Positions 35,689 through 50,149 of a DNA stretch of 64,000 bases are shown here, piece after piece. This stretch comes from Eledone cirrhosa. Lineage: Eukaryota. The translations under genes were made by a program, and so were the position numbers. The notes under the pieces were generated by a model. That model worked only from the letters and a program-made list of their open reading frames with translations, was not told where the DNA came from and did no database searches. Positions within the stretch are counted from its first letter, which is position 1, and the number at the start of each line of letters is the position of its first letter. The stretch covers positions 146,816,001 through 146,880,000 of the forward strand of contig OZ024742.1 in NCBI GenBank assembly GCA_964016885.1. Direction: 5' to 3'.

Positions 35689-36484
35689 GTGAACGACAAA
35701 GCATAAACGAACTAAGGAAAAAATTAGAAATAAGAGGGATCAGATGTTGTTTACTCGAGAGAAGGCTACGTTGGTACGGTCACGTGATGCGCATGAAAGA
35801 CGACAGCTGTATAACAAAGTGCAGGGCAATAAAGATAGACGGTAGCCACGGAGTAGGCAGACCCAGAAAAACATGGGACGAGCTGATAAATTCCGACCTC
35901 ACACGCTTACACCTCTCCAAGACAATGTCACTGGACCGAGACCTTTGGCGGTACTCAGTAATAGAGAAGACCCGCCTTACCTAAATACAAAGTAAAAACC
36001 TACTACAGTCAGTAGGCATCTCTATCAAAACACACCCCCCGTCCCACCACCTCCACACCGCCCCTTTCAATGTAAAGTTATGTTGGTCCCACAACATCCA
36101 GGCCGAAACAAATGAGATCGTGTAGGTGTCACGACAAAAAACACACAGTCCACGCTGTAAATGTGGCCGTGTAGGCAACACGGTAAAAACCTCCCAGCCC
36201 CACACTGTAAATGTGGTTGGTGTTAGGAAGGGCATCCAGCTGTAGAAAACCCGCCAGACAGTCCACGCTGTAATGTGGCCGTGTAGGCAACACGGTAAAA
36301 ACCTCCCAGCCCCACACTGTAAATGTGGTTGGTGTTAGGAAGGGCATCCAACTGTAGAAAACCCGCCAGACAGTCCTATGCGAGCAAGACAACCACTCTT
36401 GCCTCAAGTGGGAAAACCCCCGTCCAAACCCATGCAAGCGTGGAACACGGACGCTAAACCTGATGATGATGATGATGATGATGA
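35689..36484 (+). mobile_element. RTE-B 3' end with an internal tandem duplication of about 115 bp
   Basis: Encodes RWYGHVMRM...GRPRKTW...KTRLT*. A UTR block is duplicated at acagtcc. (TA)n on both sides. Confidence 0.85.
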
Positions 36485-36709
36485 TATATATATATATATA
36501 TAGATATATATATATAGTTCATTTGCTACATTATAAATACACCTGTAAAGTGTGTAGTGATATATACATATATCATCATCATCTTTGTTTCACGTCCATT
36601 TTCCACGCTAGCATGGGTTAGACGGGAGTTGTCCCATGTTTACAGTGTGGACTGGGAGGTTTTTACCGTGTTACCTACACGGCCACATTACAGCGTGATA
36701 CACACATAT

Positions 36710-37289
36710 CATCATCACCATCATCGTTTAACGTCTATCTTCCACACTAGCATGGGTTTGGATGGGAATTGTCCCACTTGAGGCAAGATTGGTTGTCTTG
36801 CTCGTATAGGACTGTCTGGCGGGTTTTCTATGGCTGGATGCCCTTCCTAACACCAACCACGTTTACAGTGTAGACTGGGAGGTTTTTACCGTGTTACCTA
36901 CACGGCCACATTACAGCGTGGACTGTGTGTTTTTTTGTCGTGACACCTACACGACCTCATTTGTTTCGGACTGGATGTTGTGGTACCAACATAACTTTAC
37001 ATCGAAAGGGGTGGTGTGGATGGGGTGGCGGTAGTGGGATGGGGTGTATTTTGGTTAAGAGGTGCCTACCGACTGTAGGTTTCGCTTTGCACTTAGGCAA
37101 GGTGGGTCTTCTGTATTAGTGTGTAGTGCCAAAGATCTCGGTCCAGTGATATTGTCTTGGAGAGGTGTAAGTGTGTGAGGTCGGAATTTATCAGTCGTCC
37201 CATGTTTTTCTGGGTCTTCTTACTCCGTGGCTACTGTCTATTTTTATCGCCCTGCACTTTGTTATACAGCTGTCGTCTTTCATGCGCAT

Positions 37290-37296
<7 letters not shown>
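36710..37296 (-). mobile_element. RTE-B 3' end
   Basis: Matches 58658-59240. The 5' truncation abuts (TA)n. Confidence 0.85.
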
Positions 37297-37334
<38 letters not shown>

Positions 37335-40099
37335 AGCGAGAGAGACATATATATCACATATATATGATCATTAACACCATTTTACATCTATTTTCCATAC
37401 TTACATGGATTGAGAGGGCTCTTTATTTGAGTTAATGACCAACAAACTCCCTAGTGCTAGTACCACAATAAAGTACACCCAGTATAGCTTTTGGCTGATC
37501 AATGCATTAAGTTTAATTAGTAGACAGAAACTATACAGAAGCTGGTGTATATACGTTAGTGTGTGTATGTGTGTGTGAGTGTGTGTATGTGTCTGAGTGT
37601 GTTATCTGTATGTGTGTGTGTGATTATGTGTGTATACCTGTATGTGTGTGCCTGTGCATATGCATGTGTATGTGTATGTATGTGTGTGCCTGTGTGTCTG
37701 TGTCTGTGCGTGTGTGTGCATTTTATTGATCCTTAATGGATAAAAGGCCGGGTTGATCTAAACAGGATTTTAAACCATAATCTAACGAACTATAACTAAG
37801 TACTGCCAATTCTTTTGTTAGGCACTCAACTGTTTCTGCCAATGTGTATGTGCTCATGTGTGTGAACGTGTGTGTGTGTGAACGTGTGAGTGCACATATG
37901 TGTGTGTGCATGAATTTCTCATTTTGTGTGTATGCTTGTGTGCATGTGTGTGTGTGTGTGCATGCATGTATGTGTGTGTGTGCACGTATGTGTGTGTGAA
38001 TTTCTTTGTATGTATATGTGTGTGTGTGTGATTACATCTGTGATGGCTGGTGTCCAATAACAAATTCAGTATTGAACTCATCACACCAAGTCAATATTTA
38101 GTTTAGTCACTATCACAGATAGCCTCTATTTATCTGACTTTTAATAAAAGTTATTAATGAGAGTCCAATAATTAATATTTGGTGTCTAATTATTCACAAT
38201 CAATATTAAAATGCTATCAACACTTGTCCAGACAAAATAACATCTGGAGACCATTAACTAAATGCCCAAACCAACATTGACATCCTTCATAGTCTTAAAC
38301 AATAGATCACAAAGCAGATATCTTTTTATTCATTTACTTGTTTCAGTCATTAGACTGCAACCATGATGGGGCACTGTCTTAAAGGAATTTAGTTGTTCAT
38401 ACCAATCCCAGTACTTCTTTTAATTTTTTGAAGTCAGGTATTTATTTTATCGCTTTCTTTTTGTCGAACAGCTAAGTTACAGGATATTAACAAAAGTAAA
38501 CATAAACACAGACACATTCACTCACACATACACATGCATGTACACATACACACATCATTATCATCATTTAACATGTGTTTCCCTTGCTAGCAATGGTTGG
38601 ACAATTTGTCACAGACCAAGTCAGTACACAATCAAAGCTATTGACTGCTCAGATGAGCTGAAGTCTAATATCTCATTTACAATCATGGCATCCTTTCAGA
38701 AGAGCATGGGTCCTGCATTTTCTTTACATATATTTCTACACTCGACTAAATACACCTGTTACATTTTGTCGTGGCACCAGTATGAGGGATGTTGCTATGT
38801 CTTTGACACAGCAAAAGAGTCCACCTACCCATACCCATTGTTAGGCAGTTTTGATCTGGCTTGATGTCCTTCCTATTACCCACCACTTTACAGAGCATAC
38901 TAAGTGTGTTTATTGTGAAAATGACGAACACTAGAAAACTTGAGCCTTTGACACAACTGTAGAATCTCTTGACTCTTTTTCTTGGCATGATTTCTATAGC
39001 CAGATATCTTTCCTATAGAAAGTGTTGGGTGTTTTTTATTGTAGAACCAGCACTAGAGATAGTGTTGGTCATAGACTCGACTGAATGGATCCGTCTACCC
39101 TATGGGGGTGGAATAGGATGGAAAGGTAATAAGAATGATAAGTATATCATGGATAAGTGATATGAGGTGGGAGGGAAGAGTGACACATTTGATGTCAGGG
39201 TTCATGTGGTGATGTAGGGGAAGAATGAGTAAGTACTGCATGTCATCAATCTTTGCAGTCCTTTGTCATCTTTCAAATGAGAATCAAGTTCTTCACACCA
39301 TGTATTCCTAGGCCTACCTCTTCCATAGGTCGTGTCCACTGAAGTTTCTCAGTGTTTCTTGATGCAGCTGTCATCTTCCATATGCATCATATGCCCATAC
39401 TATCACAGTCTTCTCTCTTGCATACTGCGTAGTAGAAGACACTTGCCCAAGGTTACACACAGTGTGACTGAACCTGAAACCATGTATCTGCAACATGAAT
39501 TTCTGAACCACATAGCCATGTTTGTGTCTATATATATAAATATGAAATACATTATAATCTAGTTAGATGAGGTTATTAAAATGTGCATGAAGAATTTAAT
39601 TTAAAGTTGGTTCTTTTCAAGTAAGAACAATATAATGTCAAGTTGAGTAAATTTCACTGTTACCAGACATAGACTAAATTAACTTTCCTCTCTTCCATAA
39701 ATTTCTAAATAGAGTGATAAATACAAGTGACAAACATATAAAGATAACTATTCAATAACTTAACTTTGAATTGATTTAACACTTTCATTACCACATTTCT
39801 GATGAGCTATACTACTTATATTTTCCAATTAATTTTGAAACTATTAAGAAATTTGGAGGGATAACAAAGCAGTATAGCTTATATGAAGCATTGTGAGATG
39901 TGTGGTTAGGATGGAAGCTAGTGCAATTAGAAATACATGAGTGAAAGCTAGAATAAAATAAAGTAAAACGAAACAAAACAACAGTATATATTTTTATTTT
40001 ATACTTTATGATATTTTGAAGTTAAAACCTCTTCTTCAAAAGAATGGGTTCTTGAGAGTATTATTGACAATAAACAGTGCTCTGCTGTATAGAAATCGG

Positions 40100-40600
40100 G
40101 TTGGCGGATTGGTGACATGCACAGACTGGTGTAGACACAATAGTTGTTTGGTCTTGTTCTATTGATGAGAATAACTTCTTTGGTGGCCTCTATGGTGACT
40201 TTGCTATTTTAGGTGTGGAATTTCTGCAGCTATTTTCGTGTGGATGTGTTCTTTGATTTGAATATGTAAATAATAGACAGTGCTTCCAATATATAAGCCA
40301 CTATATTAATTTGTTATCATGTACACTACATACAATCCCAGATATATGTCCACATTGTTAATAGAGCAGTTAATAAGTTTGCTTATGATGTTGCTGTGTG
40401 TGGGTTGATCTTTGGTCAAGAACTCCCTCAGTGAGAATCCAGAGTGCATTAGTTGTTTTTTAACCCTTCCCTATGGATCACTTGACAGAATGCAATGGTG
40501 GTCCTCCCATTCAAATGTGGTAGCTTTTGATAGTATATACCATCCCTTGGAGCATGTTAGCATCTTGGCATTTGGTGAAGGAAGCTAAGTAGCTGTTTTC
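40100..40600 (-). mobile_element. Old Penelope-like GIY-YIG relic
   Basis: 40245-40329 minus reads VVYMITN*YSGLYIGSTVYYLHIQIKEH. Outer boundaries are uncertain. Confidence 0.6.
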
Positions 40601-40888
40601 TAATAAGACTCTTTAGAATTTCTGAATGGTGGTGATTTTGTTCCATCATGGACAGAGATTTTTCTGCAAGTCATTAAGCAAACAGAAACAACAACCATGG
40701 ATGTGGTACTGACACCATAGACAAAGCTGCTGATAAACCACCTGGCTGCCCTAACAACTTCTTTTCACTCACTACTACTACTACTACTGCTACTAAACAG
40801 TTGATATACACTTCACTAAACATTACACTAAATTAAATACTACATTAAATACTCATTAAGCACTAAACTAAATCCTACACTACCTTAA

Positions 40889-42429
40889 CCCTTTAGCATT
40901 CACATTATTTTATATATCTGTATATATATAAAATTAAGTCTGTGTGTCTGTGTATTACCTATAGGGGCCTACATCTTACAACCGATTTTCATGAAACATT
41001 ACAGGCTCATAGATTAGTCATCGGGGAGTGTTTTCTATATATCAGCGTATCGTTTTTTTTTTATTCCGGGGTCATTCTGCAGATAAAAATCGATAGGGGG
41101 TCACTTTTTTTTAGGTATCGAAAAATAAGATTTTTGGCTCTCGCTCCCACATTTTGCCACCGGTTTCGTTCAAATTTTAAAGCAAAATAGAATTTATCAT
41201 TGCACATCCTGTAATGGCTTTGTATTTTGCATTTGTCGTTCAGGGACGGCGTGGTAGCCGCTTAAATATTCAAAAATACCACTTTTAGACTCAAATTTCA
41301 ACTTTTTCAGCTATAGCTCCCACATTAATCAACCTACTTTGTTCAAATTTTACACTACGCTAGATCTGATCATTTCACGTCTTAAAGTGGCTTTACATTT
41401 TGGATTTTTTGTTCAGGAACGGCGTGGCAGCCGCTTAAATATTGGAAAATACCACCTTTTCGCTCACATTTCCGTCTTTTCGGCTCTAGCTCCCTCATTT
41501 TTCAACCGATTTCGTTCAAATTCGAAACTTCGGCTCCACCTCACACATAAATCAATTTATTTGGTTCAACTTTTATACTACGATAGAACCTATCATTGCA
41601 CATCTTATAGTAGCTTTACGCTTTGCATTTTTTGTTCAGGGACGGCGACCTATCATTAGCTCCCACATTTTTCAACCGATTTCGTTCAAATTCGAAACTT
41701 CGGCTCCATCTCACACATAAATCAATTTATTTGGTTCAACTTTTATACTACGATAGAAGCTATCATTGCACATCTTATAGATAGTCAAAGGCAAAACGAT
41801 GGCCACTGACGTCGTCTGAGCTTTTAGTTGTGTATTTGAGAATTCATTGGTTTCCAATCAAGTAGCGTGAGGAAATTTGGCTTAGTGTTAGAAATTTGGG
41901 CATTTAGTGTAGTGTAGAGTTTAGTGTAATGTAGTGTAGTTTAATGTAGTGTAGTGTAGTGTAGTGTAATGTAGTGTAGTGTAGTGTAGTATAGTGTAGT
42001 GTAGTGTAGAATTTAGTGTATTGTAGAGTTTAGTGTAATGTAGTGTAGTGTAGTGTAGAGTATGCTCCTTCATCAGTCACCCGCGTTTCTCAGTGATAGA
42101 GGTCATCACCACCCTCCCCCGCATGGCCTGTGTGTGGCCATAGATGAGTCATCGAGAAGCAGTCGCTAAGATCAACACCTTTTCATCAAAGCAGATATTA
42201 TTTTACCTACCCAGGCAACGCTGGGTACTGCTGCTAGTACTATTATATTTTCATGGTAAAGGCTTTACCTCACATAATTATCTCACATAATATCGAATCT
42301 ATGAGATTTTGAAAGTATTTATTTTGAGAACAATACCTTAACATCAGTTTGAGCGACCAGTTACAGCCAGTTTCAACAGAAAGAGGTAGAGAATTCTGGC
42401 CGGTTTTGGCAGGTTTGAACATTAAAGGG
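40889..42429. mobile_element. piggyBac-type MITE split by a Helitron
   Basis: TTAA-ccctttagcatt...aaaggg-TTAA. The two halves join to match 22006-22225 and 55214-55426. Confidence 0.85.
40917..42237 (+). mobile_element. Non-autonomous Helitron
   Basis: 5' TC (tctgtatatatataaaa), a 3' hairpin tacccag-gcaacg-ctgggta 10 nt before the end of the terminal CTAG, an A|T insertion site and no TSD. Internal repeats of about 170 bp at 41140-41780. Confidence 0.85.
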
Positions 42430-42434
42430 TTAAA

Positions 42435-42800
42435 CTCTACTTTACACTAAACTACAAACTACACTTCACTAAACACTACACAATACTACACTAAACACTA
42501 CACTACACTTCACAACACTACACTATACTACACTACACAATACTACATTACACTTCACTACACTACATTACACTACACTATACTACACTATACTACACTA
42601 CACTACACAAGACTACACTACACTACACTACTCTACACTACACTACACTACACTACACTAAACTCTACACTACACTACACTAAATTCTACACTACACTAT
42701 ACTACACTACATTACACTACACTACACTAAATTCTACACTACACTACACTACATTTCACTACACTACATTACACTAAACTCTACACTACACTAAATGCCC
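42435..42800. repeat. (CTACA)n pentanucleotide repeat
   Basis: Direct reading. It continues degenerately at 40770-40885 on the other side of the MITE. Confidence 0.9.
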
Positions 42801-43464
42801 AATCTTTCCACCTCAAGAACTGTATTCTCACTAAAATGAAATGTTTCTATAAAGCAACATTTAATGTGAGAACAGAAAACCTGAAAACTGATGGGGTTAT
42901 TTTTTATCAATTTAAATTTAAATTTCTACATTTTTATTAAAAATTTTACTGAACTTGAATGTTTCATTTCATTTTATTATTTTTTTATCGTTTTTATTTT
43001 CTTTGAAATCTTTCAATTATTCAACCTACCGCCATATTTTTCAGATTATGGAAAACATCACAGTTTATCAATCTTACATTATAAAAGAAAATCTGCTATG
43101 AAGATCAGAAGCGATGGAGGTGAAAGGTGGGGCAGGGAGGAGAGAAGAAGAAGAAGTGACTTGAATTAAAATATCCATCTTTATATATAATTTTGAGTAT
43201 GTATATACGTATGTAATGCTGGTATGATGAATATATATATGTATATATATATATAGTATTAAGGTTACTATTTATGGTTATGTATATACTAAATTTTTAC
43301 ATACATAACTTTGATTCCTGTGAATTCTATATATATATATATATATATTAATAATTGTTTCTACTTTAGGCACAAGACCAGCAATTACCCAGTGCATTAC
43401 TGGTACTTTATTTTATCGACCCCGTAATATTAATAATATTTTCGAATCCGCAAGCGAGTTTGAA

Positions 43465-43642
43465 ATTATTATAAATGTAAGCTATCACCGTATTTTGACT
43501 AAAGAAATTAAAGAAATTATTTAGCCTGATAGTGAGGTTAAGAACCCTCGGAGAAATGGAAAAAGATGAGTATTGACATAGGCTAAATAATTTCTTTAAT
43601 TTCTTTAGTCAAAATACGGTGATAGCTTACATTTATAATAAT
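43465..43642. repeat. Fold-back element, 63-bp arms
   Basis: 43465-43527 pairs with 43580-43642. Homologous to 35359-35600. Confidence 0.85.
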
Positions 43643-43799
43643 ATATATATATATATCTGTATGCGTGCGAGTGCATGTATATATGAATGCCATATATGTG
43701 TGTATGTATGCATGTTCGTATATATATATATATATATAAATATACATATATATATGTGTGTGTGTGTATGTGTATATATATATACAGTATATATATACA

Positions 43800-43857
<58 letters not shown>

Positions 43858-44734
43858 TTATGTATGTATATGCATGTCATATATTTGTGTATGAACGCGT
43901 GTTTGTGTGTATATATATATATACATATGCATATATATATTTGTGTGTGTATGCCTACATTTGTAGATAGACGTACTGTATATAGAAGTTCTGAATCAGA
44001 TAACAGTATTGTGGACGTAAATGTGTATAATTATTTATCAAATTAAGATTTTGTTTATTTTTTAATCAAATTTATCTGTTTGTAAATCAAATTAAAATTT
44101 AAAACTCTGAGTTTGAAATGATTAATAATTAATAATGGAAATATTGAACATAACACAAGGATGATTTTATAAGAATAGGAGTTATCATCATCAACGTCAC
44201 TATCATTATCTTCATCATCATCATCAACTTTATCATCATCATCGCTACCATCATTGTTTTATGTCCATATTCCATACTGGCATGGGTTGGATGGGTTGAC
44301 ACAGCCAGAGTTTTGTCAAGACTGAGGACCATATTGTGCTCATACTTTCTAGTTTTAGAATGATTTCAATGGTTCTTAGCTCTTTACAGAGTGTATTGGG
44401 TGCATTTTATCATGGCACCAACACTACTATTTTACAGAGTGTACTGGGTACATTTTATTGTTACATCAACACTAAATATGATTTCACAGTAGGTTATCTA
44501 GGATATCACTATAGGCTGTATGATATCAGTATATAGGTTAGGTTATATATAATATCACTATAGACTATATATGGAATCTGTTATACTACTAAGGGAAAGA
44601 AATGATATGATAACTAGTTCACTGACTTCAAGTGTTAATATAATCTTCCTTTGTAAAGATACGGTGCAGTAGTTTACTCTTGGTGAGTATAAATCCTGAG
44701 AGTTCAAAGGAATATAAAATGTTTCAATAGTCAT

Positions 44735-44737
44735 ATA

Positions 44738-44802
<65 letters not shown>

Positions 44803-44826
44803 ATATATATATATATACACACACAC

Positions 44827-44890
<64 letters not shown>

Positions 44891-44914
44891 GAATATATAT
44901 ATACATATATATAC

Positions 44915-44949
<35 letters not shown>

Positions 44950-44957
44950 TATATATG

Positions 44958-45001
<44 letters not shown>

Positions 45002-45055
45002 CATATATATATGTATATATATATAAATATATATATATACATATATATATGTATG

Positions 45056-45117
<62 letters not shown>

Positions 45118-45142
45118 TATATGTATGTATATATATATATAT

Positions 45143-45209
<67 letters not shown>

Positions 45210-45247
45210 CACACATATATATATATGTATGTGTGTGTCTATATATG

Positions 45248-45290
<43 letters not shown>
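44735..45290. repeat. (TA)n-dominated microsatellite
   Basis: Direct reading. One of many (TA)n tracts in the window. Confidence 0.95.
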
Positions 45291-45464
45291 CACAAAATAC
45301 ACAGTGTGGAAAATTGATGTTAAACGATAATGATGATGATGATGATGATGATGATGACATCCCTAGAGGATACTGGTAGTGGTGGGAGGGGGAAATATTT
45401 ACAAGAAATCACAGAGGAATAATACATTCATGCATTTTCCTTCATGTAATGTATGCATGGTAAG

Positions 45465-48200
45465 TCATGTAGCGTATCCATGGTTACTGATGATTTGTAT
45501 ATAGACTAGAGAGATCATTGTCTACATCAGGTGTATCCTGGGTAAGAAATGATTTCTAGATAAACTACTAAAGTCTTTGTGGTGTATCCATGGTAACTAA
45601 AGATCTTTAAATACACTACTGTCTTTTTATTCATGTAGTGTATCCATGGTAACTGATGATTTGTAGATACAGTACTATCTGTCTTTTTATAAATGTAGTG
45701 TATCCATGGTAACTGATGATTTGTAGATACAGTACTATCTGTCTTTTTATAAATGTAGTGTATCCATGGTAACTGATGATTTGTAGATACAGTACTATCT
45801 GTCTTTTTATAAATGTAGTGTATCCATGGTAACTGATGATTTGTAGATACAGTACTATCTGTCTTTTTATAAATGTAGTGTATCCATGGTAACTGATGAT
45901 TTGTAGATACAGTACTATCTGTCTTTTTATAAATGTAGTGTATCCATGGTAACTGATGATTTGTAGATACAGTACTATCTGTCTTTTTATAAATGTAGTG
46001 TATCCATGGTAACTGATGATTTGTAGATACAGTACTATCTGTCTTTTTATAAATGTAGTGTATCCAATGGTAACTGATGATTTGTAGATACAGTACTATC
46101 TGTCTTTTTATAAATGTAGTGTATCCATGGTAACTGATGATTTGTAGATACAGTACTATCTGTCTTTTTATAGATGTAGTGTATCCATGGTAACTGATGA
46201 TTTGTAGATACAGTACTATCTGTCTTTTTATAGATGTAGTGTATCCATGGTAACTGATGATTTGTAGATACAGTACTATCTGTCTTTTTATAGATCTAGT
46301 GTATCCATGGTAACTGATGATTTGTAGATACAGTACTATCTGTCTTTTTATAGATCTAGTGTATCCATGGTAACTGATGATTTGTAGATACATTACTATC
46401 TGTCTTTTTATAAATGTAGTGTATCCATGGTAACTGATGATTTGTAGATACAGTACTATCTGTCTTTTTATAGATGTAGTGTATCCATGGTAACTGATGA
46501 TTTGTAGATACAGTACTATCTGTCTTTTTATAAATGTAGTGTATCCCATGGTAACTGATGATTTGTAGATACAGTACTATCTGTCTTTTTATAGATCTAG
46601 TGTATCCATGGTAACTGATGATTTGTAGATACAGTACTATCTGTCTTTTTATAAATGTAGTGTATCCCATGGTAACTGATGATTTGTAGATACAGTACTA
46701 TCTGTCTTTTTATAAATGTAGTGTATCCATGGTAACTGATGATTTGTAGATACAGTACTATCTGTCTTTTTATAGATCTAGTGTATCCATGGTAACTGAT
46801 GATTTGTAGATACAGTACTATCTGTCTTTTTATAGATCTAGTGTATCCATGGTAACTGATGATTTGTAGATACAGTACTATCTGTCTTTTTATAAATGTA
46901 GTGTATCCATGGTAACTGATGATTTGTAGATACAGTACTATCTGTCTTTTTATAAATGTAGTGTATGCATGGTAACTGATGATTTGTAGATACATTACTA
47001 TCTGTCTTTTTATAGATGTAGTGTATCCATGGTAACTGATGATTTGTAGATACAGTACTATCTGTCTTTTTATAGATGTAGTGTATCCATGGTAACTGAT
47101 GATTTGTAGATACAGTACTATCTGTCTTTTTATAGATGTAGTGTATCCATGGTAACTGATGATTTGTAGATACAGTACTATCTGTCTTTTTATAAATGTA
47201 GTGTATCCCATGGTAACTGATGATTTGTAGATACATTACTATCTGTCTTTTTATAAATGTAGTGTATCCATGGTAACTGATGATTTGTAGATACAGTACT
47301 ATCTGTCTTTTTATAGATGTAGTGTATCCATGGTAACTGATGATTTGTAGATACAGTACTATCTGTCTTTTTATAAATGTAGTGTATCCATGGTAACTGA
47401 TGATTTGTAGATACAGTACTATCTGTCTTTTTATAGATGTAGTGTATCCATGGTAACTGATGATTTGTAGATACATTACTATCTGTCTTTTTATAAATGT
47501 AGTGTATCCATGGTAACTGATGATTTGTAGATACAGTACTATCTGTCTTTTTATAAATGTAGTGTATCCATGGTAACTGATGATTTGTAGATACAGTACT
47601 ATCTGTCTTTTTATAAATGTAGTGTATCCATGGTAACTGATGATTTGTAGATACAGTACTATCTGTCTTTTTATAAATGTAGTGTATCCATGGTAACTGA
47701 TGATTTGTAGATACAGTACTATCTGTCTTTTTATAGATCTAGTGTATCCATGGTAACTGATGATTTGTAGATACAGTACTATCTGTCTTTTTATAAATGT
47801 AGTGTATCTATGGTAACTGATGATTTGTAGATACAGTACTATCTGTCTTATTATAAATGTAGTGTATCCATGGTAACTGATGATTTGTAGATACAGTACT
47901 ATCTGTCTTTTTATAAATGTAGTGTATCCATGGTAACTGATGATTTGTAGATACAGTACTATCTGTCTTTTTATAAATGTAGTGTATCCCATGGTAACTG
48001 ATGATTTGTAGATACAGTACTATCTGTCTTTTTATAAATGTAGTGTATCCATGGTAACTGATGATTTGTAGATACAGTACTATCTGTCTTTTTATAAATG
48101 TAGTGTATCCATGGTAACTGATGATTTGTAGATAAACTACTGCAGTCTTTATAGTCTATGTAATATATCCATGGTAACTGGCAACTTGTAGATACACTAC
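45465..48200. repeat. 60-bp minisatellite, about 42 homogeneous copies plus degenerate edge units
   Basis: Unit gtagtgtatccatggtaactgatgatttgtagatacagtactatctgtctttttataaat. Confidence 0.97.
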
Positions 48201-49138
48201 TGAAGACGTTTCACTCAAAGTCAACTGCTTTACTATATATATGTGTGACTGAAGGGAGTATGTGCATGTCAGTGTGTGCATGTTAGTGAGTATATATGTT
48301 GGAGAGTGTGTGTGTATGTATGTGTGTCTGCATTTTAGTGGATGAGTGTGTGTGTTTGTGTATAATGTTTGACACCAATTCTAAACAATTTCCATAATAT
48401 ACACATTTATATACATATATATAATTGCTGTGAATTAATGTTTTGTCTTTGTCTCTTACTCCACTGGACAGCATTTGGATTGTGTCAGACACTGTGGGCT
48501 CAGGTGGACCAGCAGTACCATTGGCAGGTATCGAAACTGCCAAAGTCCACCTCAACAACCGATGAACCTGGAGTTCTGAGTCCTTCACTTGTATTTTTAT
48601 TTTTTTTAAATAATTTTTTAAGGTTTCCCCTTAAAAAATTGTTTTTCATTTAGCCTAGTTTCTGTTTGTTGTCTTATCCCGTCTTTGTTAATTTTCTTAA
48701 GTTTGTATATATATATATCATCATCATCCTCATCATCATCGTTTAGCGTCCATCTTCCACGCTAGCATGGGTTAGACAGTTTTGCTCCATTTGATGCGGG
48801 AATGGTCGGGAGACCATGTCTCGCTCATCCCAAACAAATGTATACATACTTCAACAGCATTCTAATAAATATTGCCTGTACAGGTACTCTAAGTGTGTAT
48901 ACATTTTTGGGAGACATCATGTATATATATATATATATATATTAATTATTTTGATCAATACATAAAATATTAATTGTATTGCCTGGCAAATGCACAGGCC
49001 AAGAGGAGTGTTAAAAATAGCTCACATTAGGTCCTTAAGCCAGATCGACTAAATCAAAATCAAAATAATTTTTTTAGCAATTATACAATAATACATCAGT
49101 AAATATTGCCTAGACAAAATGAATCCAAGACCATGTGT

Positions 49139-49336
49139 GTATGGACATGTGATGCGCATGCCAGTAGAGGAAGACCACAAAGTACATGGGCGGAGGGGGT
49201 GAGAGCAGACCTCAGATCGCTGAAGCTCACGGTGGAGATGACGAAGGACCGTGACAAGTGGAGAGATGCTGTGCTGAATAGGACCCATCCCACCCTTGCA
49301 AGCAGGGAAAAGCGGACGTAAAATGATGATGATGAT
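49139..49336 (+). mobile_element. RTE-A 3' fragment
   Basis: Reads RGRPQSTWAE...TLASREKRT* and ends in (GAT)n. Confidence 0.85.
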
Positions 49337-49549
49337 ATATATATATAGGTACGGTGACATAAGAAAGTCAAAAAGTAAGCGAATGAACTTACATGAAGGT
49401 GGCAAAAGTTGAATCAGTTTTTACCACCTTCCTGTAAGTTCATTGTACCTATATATATATATATATATATATTCAAGCGTTAACCTAATATATCCCTTCC
49501 TTATACTGTACTGATTGTGTCGTTATTTCTGTTTACCTTTTACATACAT

Positions 49550-50050
<501 letters not shown>

Positions 50051-50149
50051 TATATATATATATATATATATATACCACTTATACCTGGGGGCAGAGTTTT
50101 CAAACAACCTTTGAAAGGGTCCTATCAGAAGCAACTATCCCTAATTGAT

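Noticed and set aside
45465-48200. 60-bp array as a CRISPR array, tandem hammerheads or C/D snoRNAs
   Set aside because: There are no unique spacers and the context is eukaryotic. CTGATGA is not followed by stem II-GAAA, and there are no separate C and D boxes with a terminal stem.
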